Source: Macrostomum lignano
Taxonomy: Eukaryota
Assembly: GCA_002269645.1 (NCBI GenBank)
Contig: NIVC01000947.1
Location: forward strand, 62,001 to 126,000
Direction of reading: 5' to 3'
DNA: 64,000 bases
The stretch's first letter is position 1; every line of letters starts with the position of its first letter. The translations under genes and the position numbers were made by a program. The notes below the pieces were generated by a model that did no database searches, was not told the DNA's origin, and saw only the letters and a program-made list of their open reading frames with translations. This document shows, piece by piece, positions 1 to 12,122 of this stretch.

Positions 1-2
1 GT

Positions 3-1495
3 TCAACTAGCGCCTTAAATAACCCATGCGAGATTCGAGAGGCAACTGTCTCAGGCCCCCGACTGACCGCATTGCTGGAGGAGAGTGCGCCAGCTAAAGA
101 TGCTGCTGTAAAGCGCATCAAGAGTGCCTGCGAGAAATCAGACTGGGAAAGAAGCGAGGAGGCCACTGTGAATTCAGCCCACCCGCCAGAAATCCCTCAA
201 CACTCAGGATGTGATGAAGGCGCATTAAGGCCCGACTGCTCTCCCATGAGCCCGCCTAATGCAACCGATAGTCTAACTAAGACTCCATGGCTCGATTGCT
301 TTCCCATAAGCCTGCCAGGTGTCGCCAAACCAAGTGCGCAGAACTCGAATTGCTCCCCGCTGAGCCGTTCTGCCGCCATGCCGACTATCTCGAAGGTCAA
401 ATCGAAGCGATCACTGACCCCGATGTCGAGCAATCCTGCTGAGATGGGCACTGAAGCGTCGATACGATGCGGATTCCAATCCCGCCTTCGACATGCCAAT
501 CAACAGTGGATGAAGAATTCTGCCAGAGCCAGAAAGGCGCCTCAGAATTGGCTGCCAGAATCTGAGTACTCTGATGATGATGATGATGCAACAGGTTCGG
601 ACTGCACGACAGAATCTGAGACCAATCGACAGCCTGATTCGCCCGATGCATTGCCGAAGCCTCAGTTGGATTTCGACTCCCACCAGTCACCGTCGCTGCC
701 AAGATGTCGATTTCTGCTGTCTGAAGCCCTAGAAGCACCGATTACGAGACAGGAGCTGCTTGAAGCGCAGAAGAGAGACCCTGTACTCGCGAAAATCGCT
801 GAGTTGAAGGCGCAAAGTGCGCCTAAACCGTCTTTTGACGAGAGACTAAGCATGAGCAAGGAAATGAGAAACCTGCTCGGGTACTACGAGACCCTATGCT
901 TAGATAATGATGGCATTCTAATGATAGATTTCGATGATAATCGACCCATTAGATTTGTCTTGCCAAAGGAGTTAGACGCTGCAGTAATGCGCGCACTGCA
1001 TGACTCCCCGCTAAGCGGCCATTTGGGCCAGAAAAAGACTCCGCAGAGAGTCCAGCAGTTATTCTGGAGACCCGGAATTCACACTGTGGTCGATCGCTAT
1101 ATTGCCCAGTGCAGAGCTTGCTTAGAGAGCAAAGCCAGGCGCAAAGTGCACTTGCCGCCTCAGAAATTCCCGGTCGGAGATGTGTTAGACCGCGTACACT
1201 TGGATATCATGGGCCCAATCAATCAGCCTAGTGCTGCAGGCCATAGATATGTCCTAACCTTGTGTGACGCGACGTCGAAGTATCCGTGGGCCTATGCTCT
1301 GAGAAATCAGAAGGCCAAGACAATTATTAAGGTGATTCAGGAACAGTTCATTCCAATTTACGGTGTGCCAGCCCAGTTCCATTCTGATCAAGGAACCAAT
1401 TTTACGGGCGCCGCCTTTAATAATTTTTGCAAATTATATGGGATAAGACACACAGTAACTTGTCCGTATAATCCTGCATCTAATGGACTTGTTGA
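3..1495 (+). pseudogene. pol: Gypsy pol, part 1: long S/P/acidic linker, integrase zinc-binding domain and N-terminal part of the catalytic core
   Basis: Frame is open from the window start. Motifs: LHDSPLSGHLGQKKT...CRAC (HHCC), RVHLDIMGP (first Asp), HSDQGTNF (second Asp), YNPASNGLV just before the MITE insertion. Confidence 0.92.
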
Positions 1496-1792
1496 CATAC
1501 ATGCGCAACCTCCAAATTTCGGTCGGCCATGCGACTTAGTTTTAACAAAAATGCGACGTAGTTTTTGGCCAAAAATGCGACTTACATGTAAAAAAACCCG
1601 AAAGCAAAATTAACGCAACTTTGGGTAAACGGCAGGAGTAACTATGACTGTCTTATAAAGCCAAAATGCCTCGTCAGCTACTTAGTACTACTACTCTGTG
1701 TTTTTTCGGGTTGGCATTTTTGCGACTTCCTTGGTTGGCCACCAAATCGGTCGGCCGGATCGGCCGACTCGGCCGACTGTTGCGCATGTATG
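1496..1792. mobile_element. 297-bp non-autonomous DNA transposon (MITE; hAT- or P-like) inserted in the integrase
   Basis: Perfect 14-bp TIRs (catacatgcgcaac / gttgcgcatgtatg) and a perfect 8-bp TSD cttgttga (1488-1495, 1793-1800). Subterminal tcggccga and tgcgac repeats. Removing it restores NGLVENLNRNIK. Confidence 0.95.
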
Positions 1793-2897
1793 CTTGTTGA
1801 GAACCTGAATCGGAATATTAAGTCTGTGCTAACCTGTCTGTTAGAGACAAAGCACAAAGATTGGGCACACTATCTGCCAGCTTGCTTAATAGCGCTGCGC
1901 ACGGCTGTTCACTCAGTGACAGGATACAGCCCGCATTTTCTGATGTTTGGCCGCACGTTCAATTTGCCTATTGAGAACGCATTGCGCCACTCACCTGATT
2001 ATCAGAATCTGCCAGATTATGTGCGCCAATTTGAAAGTAGACTGAGTGAGGCGACCGCCCTAGCAAAAGAGCGAATTCGTGCGCAGCAGGAATTGCGCGT
2101 AGATCACTTTGCCGGAAAACCGCAAGTAGATCCGCTGCAGCCAGGACAATTAGTGTTCTTGGCGAATCCAGTGCTAGAGGCCGGTGAAGCGCCGAAATTC
2201 CATAGACCGCGGAAGGCCGTCTATGAGGTGATCGAGCAGAAGGGCGAGCTGGTCTACAAGATCCGTCGCCAAGGCGAGAAGCGCCGTGCTCGAAGAGGTG
2301 CTTGTCGTGCACCGGAAGAATCTGCTCCCCGTGCCAACTGCCGACTATCTCCCACAGGTCGCAGAAGCACCGCACCCGATGCACCGACAGCGTTGTCATC
2401 CGGCGCCACAGGCTGCTACCGAAGCGCCAGGCTGCCACGCTGAGTTCTGCACCGAGGATTCCGACGAGGACGAAGACGAGAGCATTGTCGACGTGAATTG
2501 GGCGCACCCAGCTGCAGCCGCCGCTGCGCTGTGGTCGACGCGCTCGCCGCTGCAAGCGCGATCGCGAGACGCCAACGCTGAAGTTGTCGACCGAGGAGCT
2601 GAAATGAGGATGGGAGATGTTGCGCCCATTGAGGTTGCGCAGTTGCCGTCACGCAGCCTAAGCCCACGCGAATCTCCTACTCCCGCGCTCCCATCCCCCA
2701 TCGCACCTGAGCAACAACTAGGAGAAATTTCAACTGTAGATAGGCAGGCAACTAGGACTAGGGACGTCGATCTAGCGACACTAAACCGCCCAGAGCGATT
2801 GCGCAGGGAGCCTGATAGGTTACAGGTCAACCCTAGCCGCAAGACATATGCGTCTCGCCTGGCGAGGTTACTTAACCGCATCTTCCGTCGAAAATAA
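1793..2897 (+). pseudogene. pol: Gypsy pol, part 2: rest of the integrase core, SH3/GPY-F-like module and C-terminal tail, with a frameshift near 2280
   Basis: VENLNRNIK...WAHYLPACLIALRTAVHSVTGYSPHFLMFGR is a typical integrase core end. LQPGQLVFL...YEVIEQ...YKIR continues in another frame as EEVLVVHRKNLLP and ends with RPERLRREPDRL; stop at 2895-2897. Confidence 0.88.
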
Positions 2898-2916
2898 TTG
2901 CCTTCCAGCGACAATT

Positions 2917-3834
2917 ATGTCGGACGAAGAAATGAAATCCGCGATCAGGACTACAACTAAACCTAAAAAGCCGGCGGGTGGCACTACTGTTGCCCAGAGG
3001 GACGATCGGATGAGGAATCAGGGCGAACTCCAGCTCCGGAGCTCGGTGGCTGTTCCGCTAAGTAGCCGAGTTCCCTCATTAACCTTCTTGAACGAAGAAT
3101 TGGAGCTGATGGCCCCGGACTCACCTTTGGATGACACCACCGCCAGAGCATCCATCAATCGTTTGAGACCGGCAGATGAAGGCATTTCATTGGTGCCGCA
3201 ACCAAAGGGTCTGCGCCCAATTGATGCTGGTGCCGCTTCGCAGGAGCGCCCGTCACCAGTAGGAGGCGGCCCCCAAGGGCGCCCACGAGGCGCGGACGCA
3301 CCGCAGCCCCGCGGCGATCTAGAGGCCCGTCCTCTGATCCGCCGTCGAGGACGACGAGCAGGCCGTTTCCGTGGCCCAGCTGGGCGAGAGCTGTTTTTAA
3401 GCCTGCGCCAGGCTGCTGCCCGGGCAGCCACCGCCACGCCGCTTTATGCGCGAAATGTGAGGCCTCCTGGCCCCTGTCCGCCGCCTGGATTGCGAGCTCC
3501 GCCAACGACACCGGTCAGCCGCGGCACGTCCACCGACGATCTCATGGCGTGGACAAGACAGAGACAGGCCCAGGCCATCGCTGATTTGATTAAGCTGGCT
3601 GGCGTACGCCAGCACTTGTTCGCCGAGCTGCCGCCAGACCTACAGGCCCAGCTCAGGCAAGAAAGCCTGCAGTCCCGGCAAGCACTTTTTGAATGGGCGG
3701 CGAACTTAGCAGCCAGGAAGCTGGCCGACCGAGAGTTCAGCCGCCAACACACTGAACTGGTAGCGCGGCGATTCGCCGCGGAGCTCGGCCATGTAGACCT
3801 GCCACCGCCGCTCAAGGCCGTCCTGCGAGAGTAA
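2917..3834 (+). CDS. Additional ORF (ORF3, ~305 aa) of unknown function between pol and the 3' LTR
   Basis: ATG 19 nt after the pol stop, uninterrupted to TAA at 3834. Pro/Arg-rich middle and a predicted-helical C-terminal ~95 aa. No obvious signal peptide or TM segment. Confidence 0.6.
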   Translation: MSDEEMKSAIRTTTKPKKPAGGTTVAQRDDRMRNQGELQLRSSVAVPLSSRVPSLTFLNEELELMAPDSPLDDTTARASINRLRPADEGISLVPQPKGLRPIDAGAASQERPSPVGGGPQGRPRGADAPQPRGDLEARPLIRRRGRRAGRFRGPAGRELFLSLRQAAARAATATPLYARNVRPPGPCPPPGLRAPPTTPVSRGTSTDDLMAWTRQRQAQAIADLIKLAGVRQHLFAELPPDLQAQLRQESLQSRQALFEWAANLAARKLADREFSRQHTELVARRFAAELGHVDLPPPLKAVLRE

Positions 3835-4237
3835 GGCGAGAGTGGACATGTGCGATTACTTCCGCTCTAGCTGTCTGAACTCAATCTGATGGTGCGACAG
3901 GCCAATCCGGCCTCTATTAAGCATTTTCCTTTTATTCAAATTTATCACCCCCCCCCCTTTTCTCAAGGCATTAAGGATGTTGCATTTTCTTTGGATCAGG
4001 CCAAACTCTACTTTGTTCTTGGGTTATTTTGTACACCGTTGCCGTAATCAATCCTCGAACTTATTTTTATTCTACATTTCTCAGCCAAATAATGACGCCT
4101 GTAATTCGCCTTCTCTTCGCCAATATTCGTACTGCATGTAACATCTATTTGAATAAATATGATGAACTTACCTTTTTTCAAATAAACGCTGAAGCCGTCA
4201 GCTTCTTCCGGCTCATCTTTTAGCTGGAGGAGAGTGA

Positions 4238-5703
4238 TGTGGCCGCAGCCTTCTGCTGCAAGCATAGGGCCGCAGTCACATCTTAGGCACTGCTGTCCGC
4301 TGCTAGTATCTGGAATAGGAATTTTCTGCTGCCTCCATGCACTCTAAGCAGCCCTCCTTGGCGCTCAAAAGTTGCACAATATGGCGCAATCTTTAACATA
4401 GGAAATTAGGAAGTTTTGCCTAGCCTAGGGTTAGTTAGTGGAAGCCGCCAAATTTGGCGCTTGCCTGTACTGTTGTTGCCTGGCCTGCCGCGTACAATCG
4501 CTCAGTGTACGCAAGTCTAGTTAGCCGCACTCCTCCCCCGTGCGCTCTCTGGACCCTTCCCCTTCTGCTCTCTCGTTCCTCCTGCGTCCGAGCCTCTCCC
4601 CATGCGTCATTCTATTTTTAGACTGAGGGTTTCGCGGACCCCGTGTCCCGAGCTGAACCCTCCCTCACGTGCTGCCTTGTGCGCACAAGCCCAAATTTGG
4701 CATGCTATTGTCACTGGTGGCTGGAGGCGACTGTCGGCGCTTCGTACAAGCTACTTTCTCCCCATGTTTAATCAATATCTGTTGTGCATCATTATCCGCA
4801 CTTTTCGGGCTGCAGTTCCATGGTCAAGCCACGGAATGCCCAAACGCTCCACCCTCCGCGTTCTATATTAACGAATGCAGGCCCGCTTGTCTGAATTTTT
4901 CCTCAGAACCGTTTTGACCGCTGGTCAGACTTGTCGAGAGCCTTCTCTAAGTCTAGCGCTCTAGCGCCGGTTAACAGCGAAGCAAAGCTCCTGAGCAGGT
5001 CTTGGTAGAGCTATAAGCATCGCTAAGCAGCTGCAAGCTCCTGAGCAGGTCTTGGTAGAGCATTGCAGCGCTCAAGCAGAAAGCACGCTCCTGAGCAGGT
5101 CTTGGTAGAGCATTGCTAGTGCTACAGCTCTGGTTTTCCAGCCTACCCTATTGGCAGGAAATCAGTTGGCTGAAGCCATTCTGCTAGTGTCAATTCGCGA
5201 CACAGGCGCGAATAAGAGTGAGAGTGATTGTGCACTCGCAGCACTCGTGCGCGATTCTAAGACTAGCTGTTAGTTTATAGGCCTAGAGTCTATTGCTGCT
5301 TCAAGGCGCATAGACCTATTTCCTCGCCGCCCATCTGCGCGAGACGTAGCTATTAGGTTAGTAGGAGTTAGGGGTCCTCTGAGAGCTAAACTCAGACACG
5401 CTCAAGCGCGGACATTTGTCAGTGCCAGGACTGCGCCGCTCAGGCCATTTGCTACCATTGAGTCCTGTCACTTGGACATTGAAATATCTGAGACTAGTTG
5501 TTCTAGCGTTATTTATTTGCGTGGAGCCCAAACAGACCCCTTCATTGCGGATCCTACGGTTCCCACGCTGGTGGCAGCACTACCCTTAATTTTAGATTTC
5601 TCCCCAGTCTCAGTCCCCATAAGTATAACCGCTAAGACCGCCCCGGCCAATAGCAGTCCCCCTCATTCTATCCCAGACCGGGCAGTAAAGAGCGTTTATA
5701 ACA
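4238..5703 (+). repeat. Putative 3' LTR of the Gypsy element
   Basis: Starts TGT just after the purine tract and ends ...tataACA. An AGTAAA poly(A)-like signal lies 14 nt before the end, and the sequence turns AT-rich afterwards. The 5' LTR is outside the window, so the ends are unverified. Confidence 0.55.
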
Positions 5704-5994
5704 CTAAAGTACTGTATATGCTAAAACTGCACTTGGAAATCGTCAAAATCATTTATAATTTTTGTCCTATTTTACTCGTAGACATTTGATAATGTTTTAG
5801 CATTATCAGCTGTAAGGCCATAGTTCAGGTAGCTCAGGCAGCTGTAGTTCAGGTAGTTAAATTTAAACTTATCTATACACACAACTTTCAGTCTTAATGG
5901 CTGGTAGTGGCAGTATATGGTATATAAGTTATATATTTACTCGTACGAATCAAAACACAGCAAATAACATACAACAGCTACGAGAGCAAGACAG

Positions 5995-7085
5995 CTAGCA
6001 AAATTCCTGCTTGCAGATTTCGGCTAGCAAAATCCTTGCTAGCAAAATTCCTGCTAGCAAACTTCAGCTAGCAGATTTGGCTAGCAGATTTTGGCTAGCA
6101 GATTTCGGCTAGCAGATTTCGGCTAGCGGATTTCGACTAGCAAACTTCGGCTAGCAGATTTTGTCTAGCAGATTTCGGCTAGCAGATTTCAGCTGGCAAA
6201 CTTTGGCTAGCAGATTTTGGCTAGCACATTTTGGCTAGCACATTTCGGCTAGCAAACTTCGGCTAGCACATTTTGGCTAGTGATGGATCCGAATATTTGG
6301 ATTCGGAATCGGAATCCGAAAAAAAGTCTTACTTTTATAGGAATCCAAATGTTTCGGATTAGGAAATTTTTTTTCTGAATATTTCTGAATGTGCTTGTAA
6401 AATTCAAATCTAAAATAAATATTACAATTCAAGAGTCAGGCGTGATTGTGATCGTGAATTTATATTAGCATACATGTATATTGAGCTCGTAAGTTATAAG
6501 TGTTGAAAATAACAAACAAGAAAAGAAATCATACTCATATATTGATAATAGCTACTCGGCCGTAATGCTGTCAAGTCAACAAATTTAAAATTTATTAATT
6601 CTTTACATATTTGTGTTCACGTTTTTTGGTAAATCAAGTAGAAAAGTTATATTTCTAATAAAAATGTAAGCAGAAATTCACAACCGTTAAACATGTTTCA
6701 ACAAAATCACTATTGTGAAAAAATGGTCCTGAATTCACGATTGTGATCACATCTAGCCCCTAAGATAAAAGTACGAGTACGAATATAAGCCCAGGAGAGA
6801 TGGAATCTTGTCAGTCAATTTATATGCGCACTAATTAGATGACGAAACATTTTTGTAAATTAAAAGAGTTATAGTTACTCCCACCATTTACCTTACACTT
6901 TTTCCTTACATTCGGAAACATTTGGATTCGGATTTGGATTTTTTTGTACATTCGGATTCGGTTTCGGAAACTTGCAAAAATCCACATTTGGTCCATCACT
7001 AATTTTGGCTAGCACATTTTGGCTAGCAGATTTTGGCAAGCAAATTTCTCGCTAGCAAACTTCGGCTAGCAGATTTCCTGCTATT
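5995..7085. repeat. 14-bp minisatellite (gcagatttYggcta) split by a MITE
   Basis: Units at 5995-6277 and 7002-7085 flank the insertion. Confidence 0.9.
6278..7001. mobile_element. 724-bp hAT-like MITE
   Basis: TIRs tagtgatgga / tccatcacta, perfect 8-bp TSD attttggc (6270-6277, 7002-7009), and subterminal ggattcgga/tccgaa repeats at both ends. Confidence 0.92.
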
Positions 7086-9644
7086 AGATCTTGTACTCCC
7101 ATTAGGTTGACTGGAATGTGAGTTGCAATGATTTTGCTCTTGAAATATAAATGTGAAACATACTTTTTGATAAACTATAGTGTCTCTTTGACTCTTATTT
7201 AATGGGGATCGTAAGACAAAACTTGACCTGCTCAGGGATTGTAAAACGAAAGAAAGCTGCAACTTCTTTGTTATAGTATTTTTCATCATGTTACTATTTA
7301 TCAAAGCAGCGATGTAAAGACAAGATAACAGACAAGAGGTCAAGGCATTCTTTGTACAAAGATGTATAGACATAAGACATGTCTATACATTCCCAGTTGT
7401 CTGAAACAAGACTCAAGAGAAATTGCACTCTGAGCCTTAAAATCGCACCTTGAAATTTGGCACAAGGTGCAATTTTGCATTTCGTCTCTGGCGAAAAAAC
7501 CCAAATGAGGAGAGAGGGTAAGGAATAGAGAAGAGAAATACATGGATAGGATAAAGGAGAGGCAAAGGAACAAAGGAGATGAGAGTTGATGAGGAGAGAT
7601 TTAATATGAGCGGAGAAAGAGGAGAAAGGAGAAAGGAGATTAATGGAGAGGAGAGATGGGCAGGAGGCTGCCCTAGACTTGTTGGGAATTTTTAGAATTT
7701 TTTTAAGATGCAAAAAAGTGCTTAAAAAACAGTAAAAAGTTGTTAATTTTACTGTTTTAATAGCTAGGGAGATGTCCAAACATGCTAAAACCAGCTTTTA
7801 AAGTGAAGAGAATGCAAAAAACATCAAAAAATAGTTTAATGAACAATTCGAGAAGATTGCCCAAAAAAGCTATTTGTCTAGTCACTAGACAAATAACAAT
7901 TGCCTTAAATTAAATGTTTGAAACTAAAAGTATCTTTAATTTTTTTTAAATAACTACTATAAATAAAACTTCAATTAAAAGAATACAATATTATTCTAAT
8001 ATACATAGTAATATTGACTCAACATTTATAAATAGATAAATAGAATTAAGACTTAATAAATAAATATAAAAATATAGAAATTAAAACATAAACAGCCAAA
8101 TTTATTATACCACATTAATATCCAACTACCCTGAAGTGGCCTGAACCTGAACATTGACACCATGATGGTATTAATGTTTAAGTGAAATAAAAAACTGCAA
8201 TTACTACAACTTACCTTACTATCTATCTCATTATGAGATTGAGTTCAAAGTTAAATCAATGTAAAAATCTTTTCTCTTATTTACTGAACAGGTGAATAGG
8301 AAGATTCGAAATCTAAGTATAAAAATAGAAATAGAATGTTCCAGTTTATCATATGATACAATTAAGAAAACCTTGTGTAGCTCAAACTGAAATAGAATTT
8401 AGTATTCAGTCAACTTTTACCGTCCGAAAGAACTCACAAGTCGATAATTTTAAAGCTTCGTGCGGAGAAATTTCATTGGACGCGGCAAAAACCCTCCTTG
8501 CAACATTGTGTAACTTTCTTCTCTCTCTACTTACTATAGTAGCAATGCACACTTGTGTAATCAGAACATTTTTACATAAACAGATATTTTTTCTTTGTAT
8601 CTGGAAAGCTAAACAGCCTAAAAATTAGTAAAGTGCTTCGCACCAATGGATTATTAAGCTCAATCTAATTCTTTACACTCAGTAATCAACAGCTATGGCC
8701 TCTCGGTAACTTTTCTACATCTATGGGCCTGAAATGGACCGTTTTGTCTGTTATTTTTGATAGTTCAAGATTTCGACCGGAGTAAAAAAATAAGCCCAAA
8801 AATGAATTGAAATGTTTCAAAGGAAACTGAAAGAAGCACGCTACGCGTAGCATTAGAAAAGAAGGTGCAAATTACAATCAATCAGTTTCAAAGCAAAAAT
8901 ATATGCTTTGTAATTTTTTCAAATTATCACAAGCTCTCAATGAAATCTAGCTACAATAAAACCAGAGTGACAAGCATAACACGTACGCATTACCCCAACA
9001 GCCCATGGTCATGGACACCCCGAGTCCCGAACCTCAAATGGGCCATGGCCAAACTACGATTAGCTAAAACTAAAAATTGCAGCTTTGCTCAGTGAAATTT
9101 CCCTCATAAATTTGCCGCCAAACTTAAATAAGCTGCAAGAGCGCTTCTTTAGGTGTATAATCCTACTATGCAATGGGGGGCTGGGAGGCTTTGATTGGGA
9201 AGCTGAGGAGTGATGGAGAGCTGTTAGACTGCTGCAAACTGCGGTGGAGCTGGAGATACACAAACTCCTCTCAGGGCTGCTAATTGGCCAAAAAGATGAC
9301 GTGATTAAAGCATGAGAAATGATAACAACCATGAGAGACTACGTCCCACAAACTGGCTTTCGAAGCAGGGATTGGCACGCTTTAACCTCAAAGGCCAGAT
9401 AAAGAATCCAGCTCATGGCTGCGGGCCAGATGCAAGTGGAAAGGAGAAGAAATAGACTGTTAGAAGAGAGGAGAGGCGAGAGGGGGATAAGAGAAAAGAT
9501 AGAAGATAAGAGGAGAGACTAGGGGTGAGGAGAGAGCAGAGAATAGGGGAGAATTCCCCCGGAGAAAGAAGCGAGAGGAGGGGAGAGAGGAGGGAGAGGA
9601 AAGAGTAGAGGTGAAAAGAGGGAGTGAGAAGAGGGAAGAGATGA

Positions 9645-9750
9645 GGCAGTCAAATTGCTCGGCAGTCAAATTGTCCGCAGTCAAATTGACCGCAGTCAAA
9701 TTGTGGCAGTCAAATTGTGGCAGTCAAATTGTGGCAGTCAATTGTGGTGA
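9645..9750. repeat. 14-bp tandem repeat (gcagtcaaattgtg)
   Basis: About 7 direct copies visible. Confidence 0.85.
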
Positions 9751-10616
9751 ACCCAACACACTGTACTAAAAACGGCCCTTTTAAGGGCAGAGCATAATAT
9801 TTTAGGGGGGGCACTGGGCACAGGAAAAGGGGGCACAGGTACCTTTATAAGCTGTTAATTAGGGCCTAAAATCAGAAAAAGCACTAGAAATTACCACGTG
9901 GACTCATTTTCTGGGGGGGGGGGGGGGGCACGTGCCCGATCCTACCGCCCATGCCTATTTGGAGCTAGTTAACTGTGAAAAACGATCCCAGAAAAAACTT
10001 GTATTTCGGTTATATACTCCATACATGTATTTCAGTTGGTTGTGTGAAACATTTCATATAGTAAATATTTTGATACACAATATTGTCTTTCTATATTGTG
10101 CGACGCGTATATTTAAACAACGGCCAGGCACAACAACTATAAGCAATAGAATTTCGGCAACAAAAAATGCGCTACCAAAAAAATTATACAGCAAAAAAAC
10201 GCTGTATTTTTATAATTGTTGTTTATTACTTATTTATTACTTATTTATTAGTTTATTTATTACTGTTTTTCGCGAATTGGGGCATGAGCGATATGTACAT
10301 GTACATTAATGCAATGCATACAATATCAATGCATCAATGCATGCATCAATGTAACTTATTCAATCTCATTATTTAATTGCTTCGGGCAGTGCGAAATCGA
10401 ATAATATTGCTTATAGAAGACTTAAACATATTATAAACATTTGCTATTAAGTAAAAGTACATATTCATTCTAAGTACCATTGCATACACCTAATTCTATA
10501 CATTTTAGTTGTAAGCAGAGAATATCCATATGAAAGTTTTGGCTGCTGTTGAGACACAAAATAATTAAGTGCAAAGTAATAATTAAATCAATTTGGCGAA
10601 CAATTTGCAGCCGGTT

Positions 10617-11840
10617 GTCTAACAGGTGACACCACTGTGTCTAACAGGTGACACCAATTATCTAATAGGTGACACCAATTATCTAACAGGTGACACCAAG
10701 TATCTAACAGGTGACACCAATTATCTAACAGGTGACACCAATTATCTAACAGGTGACACTGCAATTATCTAACAGGTGACACCAATTATCTAACAGGTGA
10801 CACCAATTATCTAACAGGGTGAAACCAATTATCTAACAGGTGACACCAATTATCTAACAGGTGACACCAATTATCTAACAGGTGACACTGCAATTATCTA
10901 ACAGGTGACACCAATTATCTAACAGGTGACATCAATTATCTAACAGGGTGACACCAATTATCTAACAGGTGACACCAATTATCTAACAGGTGACACCAAT
11001 TATCTAACAGGTGACACTGCAATTATCTAACAGGTGACACCAATTATCTAACAGGTGACATCAATTATCTAACAGGGTGACACCAATTATCTAACAGGTG
11101 ACACCAATTATCTAACAGGTGACACCAATTATCTAACAGGGTGACGCCAATTATCTAACAGGGTGACACTGCAATTATCTAACAGGGTGGACACCAATTA
11201 TCTAACAGGGTGACACTGCAATTATCTAAAAGGGTGGACACCAATCATCTAACAGGTGACACCAATTATCTAACAGGTGACACAATTATCTAACAGGTGA
11301 CACCAATTATCTAACAGGTGACACCAATTATCTAACAGGGTTGACACCAATTATCTAACAGGGTGACACCAATTATCTAACAGGGTGACACCAATTATCT
11401 AACAGGTGACACCACTGTGTCTAACAGGTGACACCAATTATCTAACAGGTGACACCAATTATCTAACAGGTGACACCAATTATCTAACAGGTGACACCAA
11501 TTATCTAACAGAGTTGACACCAATTATCTAACAGGGTGACACCAATTATCTAACAGGGTGACACCAATTATCTAACAGGTGACACCACTGTGTCTAACAG
11601 GGTGACACCAATTATCTAACAGGTGACACCACTGTGTCTAACAGGTGACACCTATTATCTAATAGGTGACACCAATTATCTAATAGGTGACACCAATTAT
11701 CTAACAGGGTGACACCAATTATCTAACAGGGTGACACCAATTATCTAACAGGGTGACACCAATTATCTAACAGGGTGACACCAATTATCTAACAGGTGAA
11801 ACCAATTATCTAACAAGGTGACACCAATGTCATGTCTAAC
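10617..11840. repeat. 21-bp minisatellite (ctaacaggtgacaccaattat), ~55 copies, just 3' of the protocadherin stop
   Basis: Direct tandem array. Confidence 0.95.
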
Positions 11841-11881
11841 AGATGACAGCTACCTGAACCTGTCAGCTATAACACCGAATG

Positions 11882-12087
11882 TCACACATAGCTAGCCTTG
11901 GGAATGCTGTACAGTTTGCCCTGGTGCTTCAGTGTCCGATCGCAAGGTGCTTCGAATCGATCGAACGAGGCTGCTCGGCTGTCGGCAGCTGATGATGCGG
12001 CAGATTCGCCGAGCCGCTTTCTGGACAGGCGGTCTGTGCAGGGTGCACCGGCGGGAGACAGGGCCAGGGGCAGAGGATGCGGAGGCG

Positions 12088-12122
<35 letters not shown>

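Larger units (their letters stand above)
1..5703 (+). mobile_element. Ty3/Gypsy LTR retrotransposon, 3' half (5'-truncated by the window edge; inactivated)
   Basis: Pol C-terminal region with HHCC zinc finger, rve integrase core and SH3-like C-terminal module, then an extra ORF, a purine tract (ggaggagag, 4226-4234) and a TGT...ACA-bounded LTR candidate. Confidence 0.9.

Noticed and set aside
4987-5111. CRISPR-like repeat-spacer array
   Set aside because: Only three repeats, spacers partly similar, no cas genes, and a eukaryotic LTR context.
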